From the IMG/VR virus record IMGVR_UViG_3300021963_000036: a DNA stretch of 64,000 bases. One strand, written 5' to 3'. Both the position numbers and the translations under genes were made by a program. Source of the DNA: a virus. Its lineage: Duplodnaviria > Heunggongvirae > Uroviricota > Caudoviricetes. Below the pieces are notes generated by a model. The model searched no databases and was not told where the DNA came from. It saw nothing but the letters and a program-made list of their open reading frames with translations. The first letter of the stretch is position 1. Each line of letters begins with the position of its first letter. Positions 1 through 8,835 of this stretch are shown here, piece by piece.

Positions 1-176
1 GAGTCTTGCACAAAGTCGATACAAACATTCAGGCAGGTATGCGTACATTCGTTAAGATCAGCGTTTCAAAAGACGTGTATGCCTTGAAAGGTAACTCAAT
101 CAACCACGAATTGCCGATTGCTGAAGTATATCAAGAACGTGGTGTTGAAAGAAATTGCCCGACTGGTCGCAAATAA
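1..176 (+). CDS. 3' end of an upstream gene (partial, C-terminal ~58 codons), product unknown
   Basis: Open frame from the window edge to TAA at 174-176; no recognisable motif. Confidence 0.3.
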   Translation, partial: VLHKVDTNIQAGMRTFVKISVSKDVYALKGNSINHELPIAEVYQERGVERNCPTGRK

Positions 177-177
177 G

Positions 178-207
178 TTGACATTTCGTTAACTATGGTT
201 TATAAAT
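178..207 (+). promoter_or_regulatory. sigma70-type early promoter: TTGACA, 17-nt spacer, TATAAAT; its -10 overlaps a T4-late-like TATAAATA
   Basis: ttgaca at 178-183, 17-nt spacer, tataaat at 201-207; 45 nt upstream of the next ATG. Confidence 0.5.
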
Positions 208-257
208 AACATTGGAACCAGTGAGGTTCCATTACATAGCAAAAGGAGTTTTTGCAC

Positions 258-1304
258 ATGCGTGACGCATTAGTATTCATCGGTAGGTTCCAACCGTTTC
301 ACAATGGACACAAAGCAGTTATCGAAACTGCGCTCAAGCAAGCAAAAGAAGTTGTGGTCGTAGTCGGCTCATGCTTTGCAGCTCGAAACATTCGAAACCC
401 ATTTACATTTGAAGAACGCAAGGCTATGATTGAAGCCTGCTTTACTGAGCCGCAGCACTTTGCTTATGAAGGTGCTCAAGGCCGAGTAAAGATTCCTCGT
501 GTTAAGGTAGTTCCTGTTTCAGATTACCCATATGACGACAACAAATGGATGAATGCTATCCAGAACGTTGTCGATGAGACTGTTCCTCATGCACAAGATG
601 TTGGCCTAATCGGACACTCGAAAGACAGTACCTCGTACTACTTGGAAATCTTTCCTCGTTGGAAAAACCATGTCGAGGTTGAAGACGTCAGGGGCATCAA
701 CGCGACTGACATTCGGAAGGTATTCTTTGAAACCCCGAATACACCGTTTATGCCGGATATGATGCCTTCTGAGGTTGTTTCTATCCTTGGAGATATTCTT
801 ACAAATAAACCATTTTTTACGCTTCGTACGGAATATGAAATGGTTAAGAAGTACAAGGATGCTTGGAAGTCTGCTCCCTTCCCTCCGACCTTTATGACTG
901 TCGATGCTGTAGTGGTTCAATCTGGCCATCTGCTTCTCGTTAAACGTGGCGACATGCCGGGTAAAGGTCTTTGGGCACTTCCTGGTGGTTTCTTGAACCA
1001 GAACGAAACCATGCTTGACGGTGCAATCCGTGAACTGAAAGAGGAAACCAAGATTAAGGTTCCAGTTCCGGTTCTGAAAGGTTCAGTCAAAGAGTCCAAG
1101 ACGTTTGACGCTCCGAATCGTTCTTCTCGCGGTCGCACTATCACTCAAGCATTCTTCATTGACCTCGGTGTTGGTGAACTGCCGAAAGTGAAAGGCTCTG
1201 ACGACGCTGAAAAGGCGTTTTGGGTTCCCTTCAATAAAGTGAAACAGGAAAAGATGTTCGAAGATCACTTCTTCATCATCGACAACTTCCTTAACATTGG
1301 TTAA
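258..1304 (+). CDS. natV: Bifunctional nicotinamide-mononucleotide adenylyltransferase / Nudix ADP-ribose pyrophosphatase (NadM-Nudix, KVP40 NatV-like)
   Basis: N-terminal GRFQPFHNGH (HxGH nucleotidyltransferase motif); C-terminal Nudix box GGF..x..RELKEETKI; GGAG RBS 9 nt upstream of ATG 258 (the ORF track uses a TTG at 252). Confidence 0.85.
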   Translation: MRDALVFIGRFQPFHNGHKAVIETALKQAKEVVVVVGSCFAARNIRNPFTFEERKAMIEACFTEPQHFAYEGAQGRVKIPRVKVVPVSDYPYDDNKWMNAIQNVVDETVPHAQDVGLIGHSKDSTSYYLEIFPRWKNHVEVEDVRGINATDIRKVFFETPNTPFMPDMMPSEVVSILGDILTNKPFFTLRTEYEMVKKYKDAWKSAPFPPTFMTVDAVVVQSGHLLLVKRGDMPGKGLWALPGGFLNQNETMLDGAIRELKEETKIKVPVPVLKGSVKESKTFDAPNRSSRGRTITQAFFIDLGVGELPKVKGSDDAEKAFWVPFNKVKQEKMFEDHFFIIDNFLNIG

Positions 1305-1322
1305 GATAAAGTAGGATATATT

Positions 1323-1865
1323 ATGGCAAAAGAAGAAAATCTATTCAAAATCGGTGACAAAGTCGTTAAGAGTGCCGGCAAAAAGGTTATGACTGTTACT
1401 TGGGTGTCTGGTAATTACCTCACCGCACAGTACGATCATAGTGGGCAGCAGCACCGTGACTATGCCTCCAACTTTAAACTATATGAGGAGACTCAAACTA
1501 TGAGCAATTCAATTTACAAACTGAACCTCGACAACGACTTTAACCCAAAGCCCATCTTTGCCCACTATCGTGGCACCGACAGCACTGGTAACTGGTTGAT
1601 GGAACGCATCGGCGATGGCGGTGGTATCATGGTCGTCGCAAAAGAGAAGTGCGAAGAGGTTCTGCCCTACACATTCAGCGTTCGCATGAACGGCCGAGAG
1701 CAACACTTCCAAGGTGAATCCGGCAAAGTAAAGAAGGGTGACATCCTTCTGTACACCGCTGGTGGTGTCGATAACTTCGCCTTTGCTGTCGTCAAGAACG
1801 TCGATACAAAGAACAAAGGCGCTAAGGTTTGGGAAGGCGTTCGCGTCTTGACCGAAGCCATCTAA
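1323..1865 (+). CDS. hypothetical protein
   Basis: 180-aa ORF with RBS, lying between the two NAD-salvage genes. Confidence 0.45.
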   Translation: MAKEENLFKIGDKVVKSAGKKVMTVTWVSGNYLTAQYDHSGQQHRDYASNFKLYEETQTMSNSIYKLNLDNDFNPKPIFAHYRGTDSTGNWLMERIGDGGGIMVVAKEKCEEVLPYTFSVRMNGREQHFQGESGKVKKGDILLYTAGGVDNFAFAVVKNVDTKNKGAKVWEGVRVLTEAI

Positions 1866-1869
1866 GACA

Positions 1870-1898
1870 TTGACATTATCGCAGAGATGTGGTAATGT
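1870..1898 (+). promoter_or_regulatory. candidate sigma70-type promoter (TTGACA-17-TAATGT)
   Basis: ttgaca at 1870-1875, taatgt at 1893-1898, upstream of nadV. Confidence 0.4.
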
Positions 1899-1953
1899 CG
1901 ACCCAAGTCCATCCAGAGAGGATGGCATAACATAACGATAGAGGAGTTCTATT

Positions 1954-3405
1954 ATGAAAAACGTACTAAACTTAATGACTGCAATCATCCGTACGGATAG
2001 CTATAAGTTCTCGCAGTGGATGCAGTACCCCGCTGATACAGCATACATCAGTTCTTACATCGAATCGCGTGGTGGTGAACCTGAGTCGGTCTTCTTTGGC
2101 CTGCAAGCGTTCATCAAAGAATATATGATGACTCCGATTACGATGAAAGACGTCGATCGCGCTGAGAAGATCGTTCTTGCTCATGGTCTTCCCTTCAACC
2201 GTGAAGGTTGGGAAATCATTGTGAACGACTACAACGGGATGCTTCCTGTCGAGATCGAGGCTGTTCCTGAAGGCACCGTTATGCCTACGCACAACGTTCA
2301 GGTCCAAGTTGTAAACACCGATCCTCGACTGTTCTGGCTGACTTCATACCTTGAGACCGCAATGCTTCGTGGTATCTGGTACCCCTCGACCGTGGCTACC
2401 AAGTCACGTAAGATGAAGAAGATCATTGCGGCCGCTTTGAAGAAAACGTCTGACGTTCCCGTGAACGATCAAATCTTCTTCAAGCTTCACGACTTTGGTG
2501 CACGTGGTGCATCTTCGACCGAAACTGCTATCCTCGGTGGTATGGCTCACCTGATTAACTTCATGGGAACCGACACCTTCGAGGCGATCCCTGCAATCAT
2601 GGAACTTTACAACACCGACGAGGTTGTTGGCTTCTCGATTCCGGCTTCTGAACACTCGACCATCACTTCATGGGGTCGTGAAAACGAGGTCAAAGCTTTC
2701 GAGAACATGATCGACAAGTTTGCCGGTCCTGGTAAGTTGTATGCCTGCGTCTCTGATAGCTTCAACATCTACGAAGCTGCTGGTGACTTGTGGGGCACGA
2801 AGCTGAAGGATAAAATCATTGCGAAAGGCGGCACCTTGGTGGTACGTCCTGACTCTGGTGATCCCGAAACTGTTCCAGTTGAAATCATCGAAATCCTCAT
2901 GGATAAGTTCGGTTTCACTGTGAACTCGAAAGGTTTCAAAGTTCTTCCTCCTTACATTCGTTTGATCCAAGGTGATGGTATCAACGAGAACTCTCTGCCT
3001 AAGATCATCGACAACATGATTGCAAAGGGTTTCTCGATCGACAACATCGCTTTCGGCATGGGTGGTGGGCTTCTGCAAGCTTGGAACCGTGACACTCTCA
3101 AGTACGCAATGAAAGCTTCGGCTCGTTGCGATACGAATGGAGTCTGGCACGACGTGTTCAAAGACCCGATCAGCGATCATGGTAAAGTGTCGAAGAAGGG
3201 TCGTCTTGGCTTGGTTCTTGATGGCGGTATCGGATCGCTTACTCTGCAAACCTTGCCTAAGGATATTGCAGACAAGCGTGGTAACGTACTTCGTAAAGTG
3301 TACCGTAATGGTGAACTTCTGATTGAAGATACGTTTGAACAAATCCGTGAACGTGCAACTTTGAAGGAGAAAGAATATGTCTTCGAAATCGTCGACCGTT
3401 ACTGA
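1954..3405 (+). CDS. nadV: Nicotinamide phosphoribosyltransferase (NAMPT/NadV)
   Basis: 483 aa; N-terminal RTDSYKFSQW..YP motif and overall NAMPT-like length and composition; GAGGAG RBS. Confidence 0.85.
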   Translation: MKNVLNLMTAIIRTDSYKFSQWMQYPADTAYISSYIESRGGEPESVFFGLQAFIKEYMMTPITMKDVDRAEKIVLAHGLPFNREGWEIIVNDYNGMLPVEIEAVPEGTVMPTHNVQVQVVNTDPRLFWLTSYLETAMLRGIWYPSTVATKSRKMKKIIAAALKKTSDVPVNDQIFFKLHDFGARGASSTETAILGGMAHLINFMGTDTFEAIPAIMELYNTDEVVGFSIPASEHSTITSWGRENEVKAFENMIDKFAGPGKLYACVSDSFNIYEAAGDLWGTKLKDKIIAKGGTLVVRPDSGDPETVPVEIIEILMDKFGFTVNSKGFKVLPPYIRLIQGDGINENSLPKIIDNMIAKGFSIDNIAFGMGGGLLQAWNRDTLKYAMKASARCDTNGVWHDVFKDPISDHGKVSKKGRLGLVLDGGIGSLTLQTLPKDIADKRGNVLRKVYRNGELLIEDTFEQIRERATLKEKEYVFEIVDRY

Positions 3406-3518
3406 TACCAGCTCGAAAGAGTTTGTTGAATGGATGAGTGCAGTATGGAAGGCTAACGACCTTCGTAATCAGTTCCTCGAGCAACTTAAAGTTTGTGAGA
3501 GACTGAAACCAAATTGAG

Positions 3519-3548
3519 GAGTGGAGCTTCGGCTCCACTTCTTCTTTA
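3519..3548 (+). terminator. rho-independent terminator
   Basis: GTGGAGC-ttcg-GCTCCAC hairpin followed by a TTCTTCTTT run, directly after nadV. Confidence 0.6.
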
Positions 3549-3559
3549 GAGGATTTGAA

Positions 3560-4120
3560 ATGAGTGATATTTGGCTAATCTCTGATACCCACTTTGGGCA
3601 TGAGAATATTTTGAACTTCATCGACTCTCGTACGGGTCTGAAGGTTCGACCCAACTTTGCAAACGTCGATGAGATGGATGAATGCATGGTTGACAACTGG
3701 AACTCTGTCGTTAAGAAGGGCGATAAGGTCTGGCATCTTGGTGACGTCATGTTCGGCGATGCTAAGCGATTTGAAAAGCTATGGCCGAAGCTGAACGGTA
3801 GTAAACGACTGTGCGTAGGAAATCATGACGACATCAAATACTTAGCATCTGGTGGATTCTTCCAAAAAGTGCATCTCGAGCGGAAGTTCCGTGATGAAAA
3901 ACTACACTTCTCGCACATCCCACTACACCCCTCGCAACACGAGGTCGGTGCACCCGGCAGTAAGAACTTCTTCTGTAACATTCACGGTCATATCCACGGG
4001 AACCCGACTCCGGTTGGTCGCTACATCAACGTCTCTGTTGAAGTGATTAACTACACACCTGTTGCGTTTGAAGACATTCAGTTGCAAGCAAAAGTGCTTC
4101 TTGAAAAGTACCCTGACTAA
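3560..4120 (+). CDS. calcineurin-like metallophosphoesterase
   Basis: SDTHFGHEN, HLGDVMFGD, GNHDD and HGHIH motifs; ATG 3560 with AGAGGA RBS (the ORF-track N-terminal extension reads through the terminator hairpin). Confidence 0.7.
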   Translation: MSDIWLISDTHFGHENILNFIDSRTGLKVRPNFANVDEMDECMVDNWNSVVKKGDKVWHLGDVMFGDAKRFEKLWPKLNGSKRLCVGNHDDIKYLASGGFFQKVHLERKFRDEKLHFSHIPLHPSQHEVGAPGSKNFFCNIHGHIHGNPTPVGRYINVSVEVINYTPVAFEDIQLQAKVLLEKYPD

Positions 4121-4165
4121 AAACTTGTTGACACTTCTTCTAAAGTAGTATAGAACAATACTGTA

Positions 4166-4357
4166 GTGAAAGGAAGAGTAATGATTTACGTAGTGATGCG
4201 GTTTTATCGGCAGTCACAGTTTACCAATTCCGTAGCAGCATTTGACAGTCATGTCGATGCTTGTAAATATGCTGATCGACTGCGAGACACCGATCACGAC
4301 ACATACTCATATCGAGTTGATTCCGTTCATCTAAATCCGAAAGAACCAAATGCCTGA
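4166..4357 (+). CDS. hypothetical small protein
   Basis: 63-aa ORF with GGAAG RBS downstream of a TTGACA promoter at 4128. Confidence 0.35.
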   Translation: MKGRVMIYVVMRFYRQSQFTNSVAAFDSHVDACKYADRLRDTDHDTYSYRVDSVHLNPKEPNA

Positions 4358-4535
4358 AATTCAAGTGACTGATGTGATCGAGCATGAAGACGGTAGTTGC
4401 ACCATGTCCTTTGATATGGACTACGAAACTACTAAGAGCATGGCACAGATCGGACTTAGGTTCGTGTTGTGGTGTGCTGCTGCTCAAATGAGTACTGAAG
4501 AAGCACTCAAAATGATCATCGCTAAATCCGACTAA
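4350..4535 (+). CDS. hypothetical small acidic protein
   Basis: 61-aa ORF overlapping the previous stop (ATGA). Confidence 0.35.
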   Translation: MPEIQVTDVIEHEDGSCTMSFDMDYETTKSMAQIGLRFVLWCAAAQMSTEEALKMIIAKSD

Positions 4536-4559
4536 TCAACCAAACAAAAGGAGAAATGA

Positions 4560-5936
4560 ATGTTTGGTATTTTCTTTGCTATTATCTTTGTGATTGGTGC
4601 TATTATTGTTCGTGCGCTTCCCGTGCCAGAAGCCATGAAACGAGTACGAAATGTTGGTACGACTGTTGCTGGTGTCCTTGGTATCTTGATTGGCCTCAGC
4701 GGTGGCGTAAGCTATAACGATGCAGGCTATTGCCAACACATTCAGACGATCTTTGGTTCTGAAGGCGCAGAATGTGGAACTGGTTGGTATTTCAGCGGTT
4801 GGGGCAAAAGCACTGCGTGGCCCTACTACATTACTGTTGCTCACACGACCGACCCTGGCGCAGACGGTAGCAGCGTAAACGAACCCTACAACGTTCGAAT
4901 GAGCGATAACTGGACTGGTGACGTAACTGAAACGACTCGCTTTGGTATCCCTCAAGATCCTGAACAGTTCCTTAAAATGGCTCGCGACTTCCGGACTCCA
5001 GAACGTCTGATTAGCACCACACTGAAACCGAGTGTTACTACTGCGATCGATACCGTTGCTAACATGTTCACGATGGAACAATACTACAGCGGTCAAATGC
5101 GAGATCAATTTAAGACTGAATTCAAAGACACCCTGATCAAAGGTCAACCTAAAGTTCAGATGGTTCAGAAAGAAGTTACAAATCCTGATCCTGCCCAAGC
5201 TGCTGCAAGTGATTCCGCAAACGCTCAAGATACTTCAAGTGTTGGTGATACGACAATCATGATCAGCGTTGCCGAAAAGGTCCTTGACGAAAACGGCAAA
5301 GAAATCCGCACCATGCCTGAATATCTGCAATATGGTATCCAAGTATCCAGTGCGATTCTCGAAAAGATCGATGCCGACCCTGCCTTTGAAGAACAACAGA
5401 AAAAGCGTAAAGATGCCGTGAGTCGTCGTGTTATCGCTAAGGAACAACGACTGGAACAAGAAGAACAGCGTCTGTTGGAAATCGCAAACGGTGACACTGA
5501 GATCGCAAAGCGTCAAGCCGAAGCTAAGACTGAACAAATCCAGCTGACCACTGAAGCTGAAACTCAGAAGAAGCTGGCCGTCACTAAAGCTGAACAACAG
5601 CGTGAAGAAGCTCGAGTAGCAAAAGAAACTGCTCAGATCGATCTGGAACGTGCAAAGATTGACGCTCAAGCTGTAACTGTTGCTGCTGATGCTGAAGCCT
5701 ACGCTAAGAAAGCAATCCTTGAAGCTGACGGTGCTCTTGCCCAGAAGTTGAATGCTTGGATTGAAGCTCAAAAAGTATGGGCTACTGCGGCTGCACAGAT
5801 CAATGTTCCTTCTACTGTAATCGGTGGAAATGGCAACTCTGGTAGCGCTCTTGGTACGGTTGACAGCTTCATGTCGATGCTTATGGTTAAGACTGCAAAA
5901 GATCTGCAGGTTGACCCTACCATCGCCACTAAGTAA
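4560..5936 (+). CDS. membrane-anchored SPFH/band-7-like coiled-coil protein
   Basis: N-terminal TM helices, central globular region, long Ala/Glu/Gln/Lys coiled coil (EQRLEQEEQRLLEIANG...); AAGGAG RBS. Confidence 0.45.
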   Translation: MFGIFFAIIFVIGAIIVRALPVPEAMKRVRNVGTTVAGVLGILIGLSGGVSYNDAGYCQHIQTIFGSEGAECGTGWYFSGWGKSTAWPYYITVAHTTDPGADGSSVNEPYNVRMSDNWTGDVTETTRFGIPQDPEQFLKMARDFRTPERLISTTLKPSVTTAIDTVANMFTMEQYYSGQMRDQFKTEFKDTLIKGQPKVQMVQKEVTNPDPAQAAASDSANAQDTSSVGDTTIMISVAEKVLDENGKEIRTMPEYLQYGIQVSSAILEKIDADPAFEEQQKKRKDAVSRRVIAKEQRLEQEEQRLLEIANGDTEIAKRQAEAKTEQIQLTTEAETQKKLAVTKAEQQREEARVAKETAQIDLERAKIDAQAVTVAADAEAYAKKAILEADGALAQKLNAWIEAQKVWATAAAQINVPSTVIGGNGNSGSALGTVDSFMSMLMVKTAKDLQVDPTIATK

Positions 5937-5956
5937 GACCACCGAAAATAGTCTAG

Positions 5957-5986
5957 AAAAAGAGCGCTTCGGCGCTCTTTTTTGTT
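5957..5986 (+). terminator. rho-independent terminator
   Basis: AAAAGAGCGC-ttcg-GCGCTCTTTTTTG. Confidence 0.7.
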
Positions 5987-6036
5987 TACATTGCCGGATA
6001 CATGTGATAAGTATAACTTAAGAAAAGGAGATCAAC

Positions 6037-6264
6037 ATGTTTCTGACGAACATCGAATACGAATTTCTTCTCGCTGGTCGAGTTACTGCAGTCCAAGGTA
6101 ATCTTGCCAAACTGACGGTTTCCGGCAAAGATCAAGATGCTCGCTTTCTGATGGAAGGCCCTTCAGGTAAGCATAGCCTGCTCGTTGCAGCCACTGACCT
6201 CAATCGTCTGAATGCCCATTGGGTTCAGTTCGCAAATCACTCTCTGAATACCGTTCGCGCTTAA
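6037..6264 (+). CDS. hypothetical protein
   Basis: 75-aa ORF with AAGGAG RBS. Confidence 0.4.
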   Translation: MFLTNIEYEFLLAGRVTAVQGNLAKLTVSGKDQDARFLMEGPSGKHSLLVAATDLNRLNAHWVQFANHSLNTVRA

Positions 6265-6274
6265 GGAGATCGAC

Positions 6275-6523
6275 ATGAAAATCAGCGAAGTCTTCAAAGT
6301 AACTACCACTCGCCCGTTGAATGCACTTAACAGTGTAGGTATCGCAGAACTTGCTCAGTTCACACCGATTACCCTTCACTCGATGCCTTTCTCTGCCGCT
6401 TGGCAGACTCTGGTAAATGAATGGAAGTTCGAATACAACCCTCGCGATGATGAATACCAAACGATGAGCGGTTTGCAGATGTTCTTCAAAGACGGTTCGT
6501 CGATCACATTGAAACGGAAATAG
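6275..6523 (+). CDS. hypothetical protein
   Basis: 82-aa ORF with AAGGAG RBS. Confidence 0.4.
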   Translation: MKISEVFKVTTTRPLNALNSVGIAELAQFTPITLHSMPFSAAWQTLVNEWKFEYNPRDDEYQTMSGLQMFFKDGSSITLKRK

Positions 6524-6524
6524 T

Positions 6525-7049
6525 ATGACAGTCCTCGAAAATCTCAAGTCTAGGCACTTCGATATGAATGTGCATACCGTCTGGATTGACGAGGACGAAG
6601 GTGTTGCAACTTATCCTCTGTGGAACCTGACCGGTCAGATGGTTGGCTATCAGCAGTATCGTCCTGCAGCCAATAAGAAGAAAGACAACCATCCTCGCGA
6701 GTCTCGATACTTCTCATGGCGCAAAGACAAAGTCGTCGGCGTTTGGGGTCTCGAGTCTTGGAACTTCTCTAACACTTTGTTTGTAACTGAAGGAACGTTC
6801 GATGCTGCTCGTCTTACTGCTCGTGGTTATTCAGCTGTTGCTACTCTTAGTAATGACGTGGATCCACCTCTCGCGCGATGGCTTTGGACGGTACGACGAA
6901 GTCGCCATGTCGTTGCTGTTTGCGATAACGATAACGCTGGGCGTAAGCTTGCTAAGTGTGGTCATACCTCTCATGTGATGGAAGATGGTAAAGACATGGG
7001 CGAAGCCTCTGATGAATATGTCACTAACTTTTTGAAGGAATACAAATGA
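6525..7049 (+). CDS. stand-alone Toprim-domain protein (DnaG-primase-like catalytic core)
   Basis: LFVTEGTFDAARL ... VAVCDNDNAGRKLA resembles the Toprim E...DxD signature; no zinc-ribbon region. Confidence 0.5.
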   Translation: MTVLENLKSRHFDMNVHTVWIDEDEGVATYPLWNLTGQMVGYQQYRPAANKKKDNHPRESRYFSWRKDKVVGVWGLESWNFSNTLFVTEGTFDAARLTARGYSAVATLSNDVDPPLARWLWTVRRSRHVVAVCDNDNAGRKLAKCGHTSHVMEDGKDMGEASDEYVTNFLKEYK

Positions 7050-8170
7050 AAACTGTACTGACTAGCGAAACTCTCTACAAACTTGACTCGAAGAGTAAGA
7101 CTCGAGTCTGGCATTGTGAAACTGGAACTGATGGAACTCGTTGGGGTCTGCGATCGATTGCTGGCCTTGAAGATGGCAAGAAAGTAACTTCTGAATGGAC
7201 CTTTGTTGAACAGAAGAACATTGGTCGTTCAAACGAAACTTCTCTCGAAGAACAAGCAACGTCTGAGATGGCTTCTGAAGTCCAGAAGAAAAAAGACCGC
7301 GGTTACTTCGCTGACTTGAAGAACATCGACACTTTCGACAAGTTTAAGCCAATGTTGGCTGAAAAGTTTGAAGACGTCACTGTGAACTTCGCTGCGGGTA
7401 ATGTCTATAGCCAACCAAAGTTGGATGGTATTCGTTGTATTGCTCGTGCTGATGGTTTGTGGACTCGATCCGGTAAAGAAATCACTGCAGTGCCTCATAT
7501 TTGGGAAGCGATTCAACCATTCTTTGAAAAGCATCCGAACATGATCCTCGACGGTGAACTATATAACCACGAACTCAAGGACGACTTCAATACTATCACT
7601 TCGATGGTTCGCAAGACAAAGCCGAAGCCTGAAGACTTGGAGAAATCTAAAGAACTCGTGCAGTACCACGTATACGACGTGATCGTCACTGACGAACCTA
7701 ATCTTCTTTTCAGCAAGCGCGAATTGCTTCGCTATGAAGCCTCAGGGAATTACGTTCGAATGGTGCCGACTATGCACGTTCCCACCCGTGCAGGACTCGA
7801 TTCTTTGTATGAAGGTTACCTCGAGCATGGTTATGAAGGGCAAATGGTTCGTATTGACAAGCCATATGAGAACAAGCGTACGAAGAACTTGCTGAAGCGT
7901 AAAGAATTCTTGACTGAAGAATTCGAAGTGATCGAGATGCTCGAAGGTCAAGGTAACTGGCAAGGTTGTGTGAAGCACTTTATTCTTCCTTTGAACGCTG
8001 AGAAGAACTTCCAAGCAGGTGTTCGTGGCGATATGGATACTCTTCGTGAGTTGCTTAAGAACGGGAAAAAGCCTGATTGGGTTACTCTCCGCTACTTCAC
8101 TCCGACTCCTGATGGTGTCCCACGTTTCCCTGTTGTGATCGACTGGGGCTTTGGAAAGCGAGAGGACTGA
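7046..8170 (+). CDS. ATP-dependent DNA ligase
   Basis: Motif I KLDGIRC (KxDGxR) with downstream nucleotidyltransferase motifs; ~370 aa, typical phage ligase size. Confidence 0.85.
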   Translation: MKTVLTSETLYKLDSKSKTRVWHCETGTDGTRWGLRSIAGLEDGKKVTSEWTFVEQKNIGRSNETSLEEQATSEMASEVQKKKDRGYFADLKNIDTFDKFKPMLAEKFEDVTVNFAAGNVYSQPKLDGIRCIARADGLWTRSGKEITAVPHIWEAIQPFFEKHPNMILDGELYNHELKDDFNTITSMVRKTKPKPEDLEKSKELVQYHVYDVIVTDEPNLLFSKRELLRYEASGNYVRMVPTMHVPTRAGLDSLYEGYLEHGYEGQMVRIDKPYENKRTKNLLKRKEFLTEEFEVIEMLEGQGNWQGCVKHFILPLNAEKNFQAGVRGDMDTLRELLKNGKKPDWVTLRYFTPTPDGVPRFPVVIDWGFGKRED

Positions 8171-8237
8171 TCATGGATGGTTTCACACTCTTTTTGATTA
8201 TTTTAACGTTTGGCATCATTTATGTTGGTTTGAAGGG

Positions 8238-8266
8238 TTGACATTTGTGGTTGGATTGCTTATATT
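8238..8266 (+). promoter_or_regulatory. sigma70-type early promoter (TTGACA-17-TATATT) followed by AATAGTAAACA
   Basis: ttgaca at 8238-8243, tatatt at 8261-8266. Confidence 0.5.
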
Positions 8267-8293
8267 CGAATAGTAAACAAAAGGAATCCAACC

Positions 8294-8458
8294 ATGAACC
8301 TCGCTACTCGTAAAATTGCTGAAATGTTGAACATCGACTTGAAAATTGCTCTTGAAGTTCAACACGTTCTCGAGTGCGAATGGTTCGACTTCAGTGAGTG
8401 TTCCAACGCAAGCCTGAAGCGTAATGCAAAACGCGTCTTGAAAGAAATGACCGCGTGA
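8294..8458 (+). CDS. hypothetical small protein (first of three short translationally coupled ORFs, 8294-8736)
   Basis: 54 codons with AAGGAA RBS; next ORFs at 8482-8613 and 8610-8736 (the latter a hydrophobic peptide). Confidence 0.3.
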   Translation: MNLATRKIAEMLNIDLKIALEVQHVLECEWFDFSECSNASLKRNAKRVLKEMTA

Positions 8459-8835
8459 AGCTTTCAGAAGAAATCGCTAACATGACTGCTGTTATGGAAA
8501 CTGACAGCAGTCAACCAACACGACAAGAAGTGTACACGATCTTGCTTCGAGCATTCGTCGAACTTCGTATGTTAGAAAATCGTATCCGTTCCTTAGAAGG
8601 AAAACTCGAATGACTGAACTCATTTTGTATTATGTATTGCCGAATGTCGTGATGTTTGGTGGACTCTATCTTCTCGCAACAGGTATTGAAAACCTGACGT
8701 GGAAGTTCATTCTCTGGTATTGTGACAACTACTGAACTTTACCTGTTGACATCACTCTGCAACAATTACCGAAGTCAACAAGAATGAATTTCATGTTTCT
8801 GACTTCTCTCATCTTCGTAAAGTCTGAGGTATATC

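Noticed and set aside
201-208. TATAAATA at 201-208 as an independent T4-late promoter for natV
   Set aside because: It coincides exactly with the -10 of a well-spaced sigma70 promoter (TTGACA 17 nt upstream); the late-promoter reading is possible but not separable from sequence alone
252-257. TTG start for natV used by the ORF track, and similar TTG/GTG starts at 39135 and 37355
   Set aside because: ATG codons 6-12 nt downstream have better-spaced Shine-Dalgarno sequences
606-929. Minus-strand ORFs overlapping natV (606-929, 638-856, 917-1144, 1083-1268)
   Set aside because: Antisense shadow ORFs inside a gene with clear NMNAT/Nudix motifs; no RBS or promoter context
2668-3342. 224-aa minus-strand ORF inside nadV, and similar long antisense ORFs (18175-19062, 31440-32141, 33464-34450, 5235-5942, 4536-5228)
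   Set aside because: Each lies antisense to a plus-strand gene with recognisable conserved motifs and regular RBS spacing; typical shadow frames in a one-strand operon
3521-3559. N-terminal extension (MELRLHFFFRGFE) of the metallophosphoesterase ORF
   Set aside because: The extension is translated from the terminator hairpin GTGGAGC-ttcg-GCTCCAC; the ATG at 3560 with an AGAGGA RBS is the plausible start
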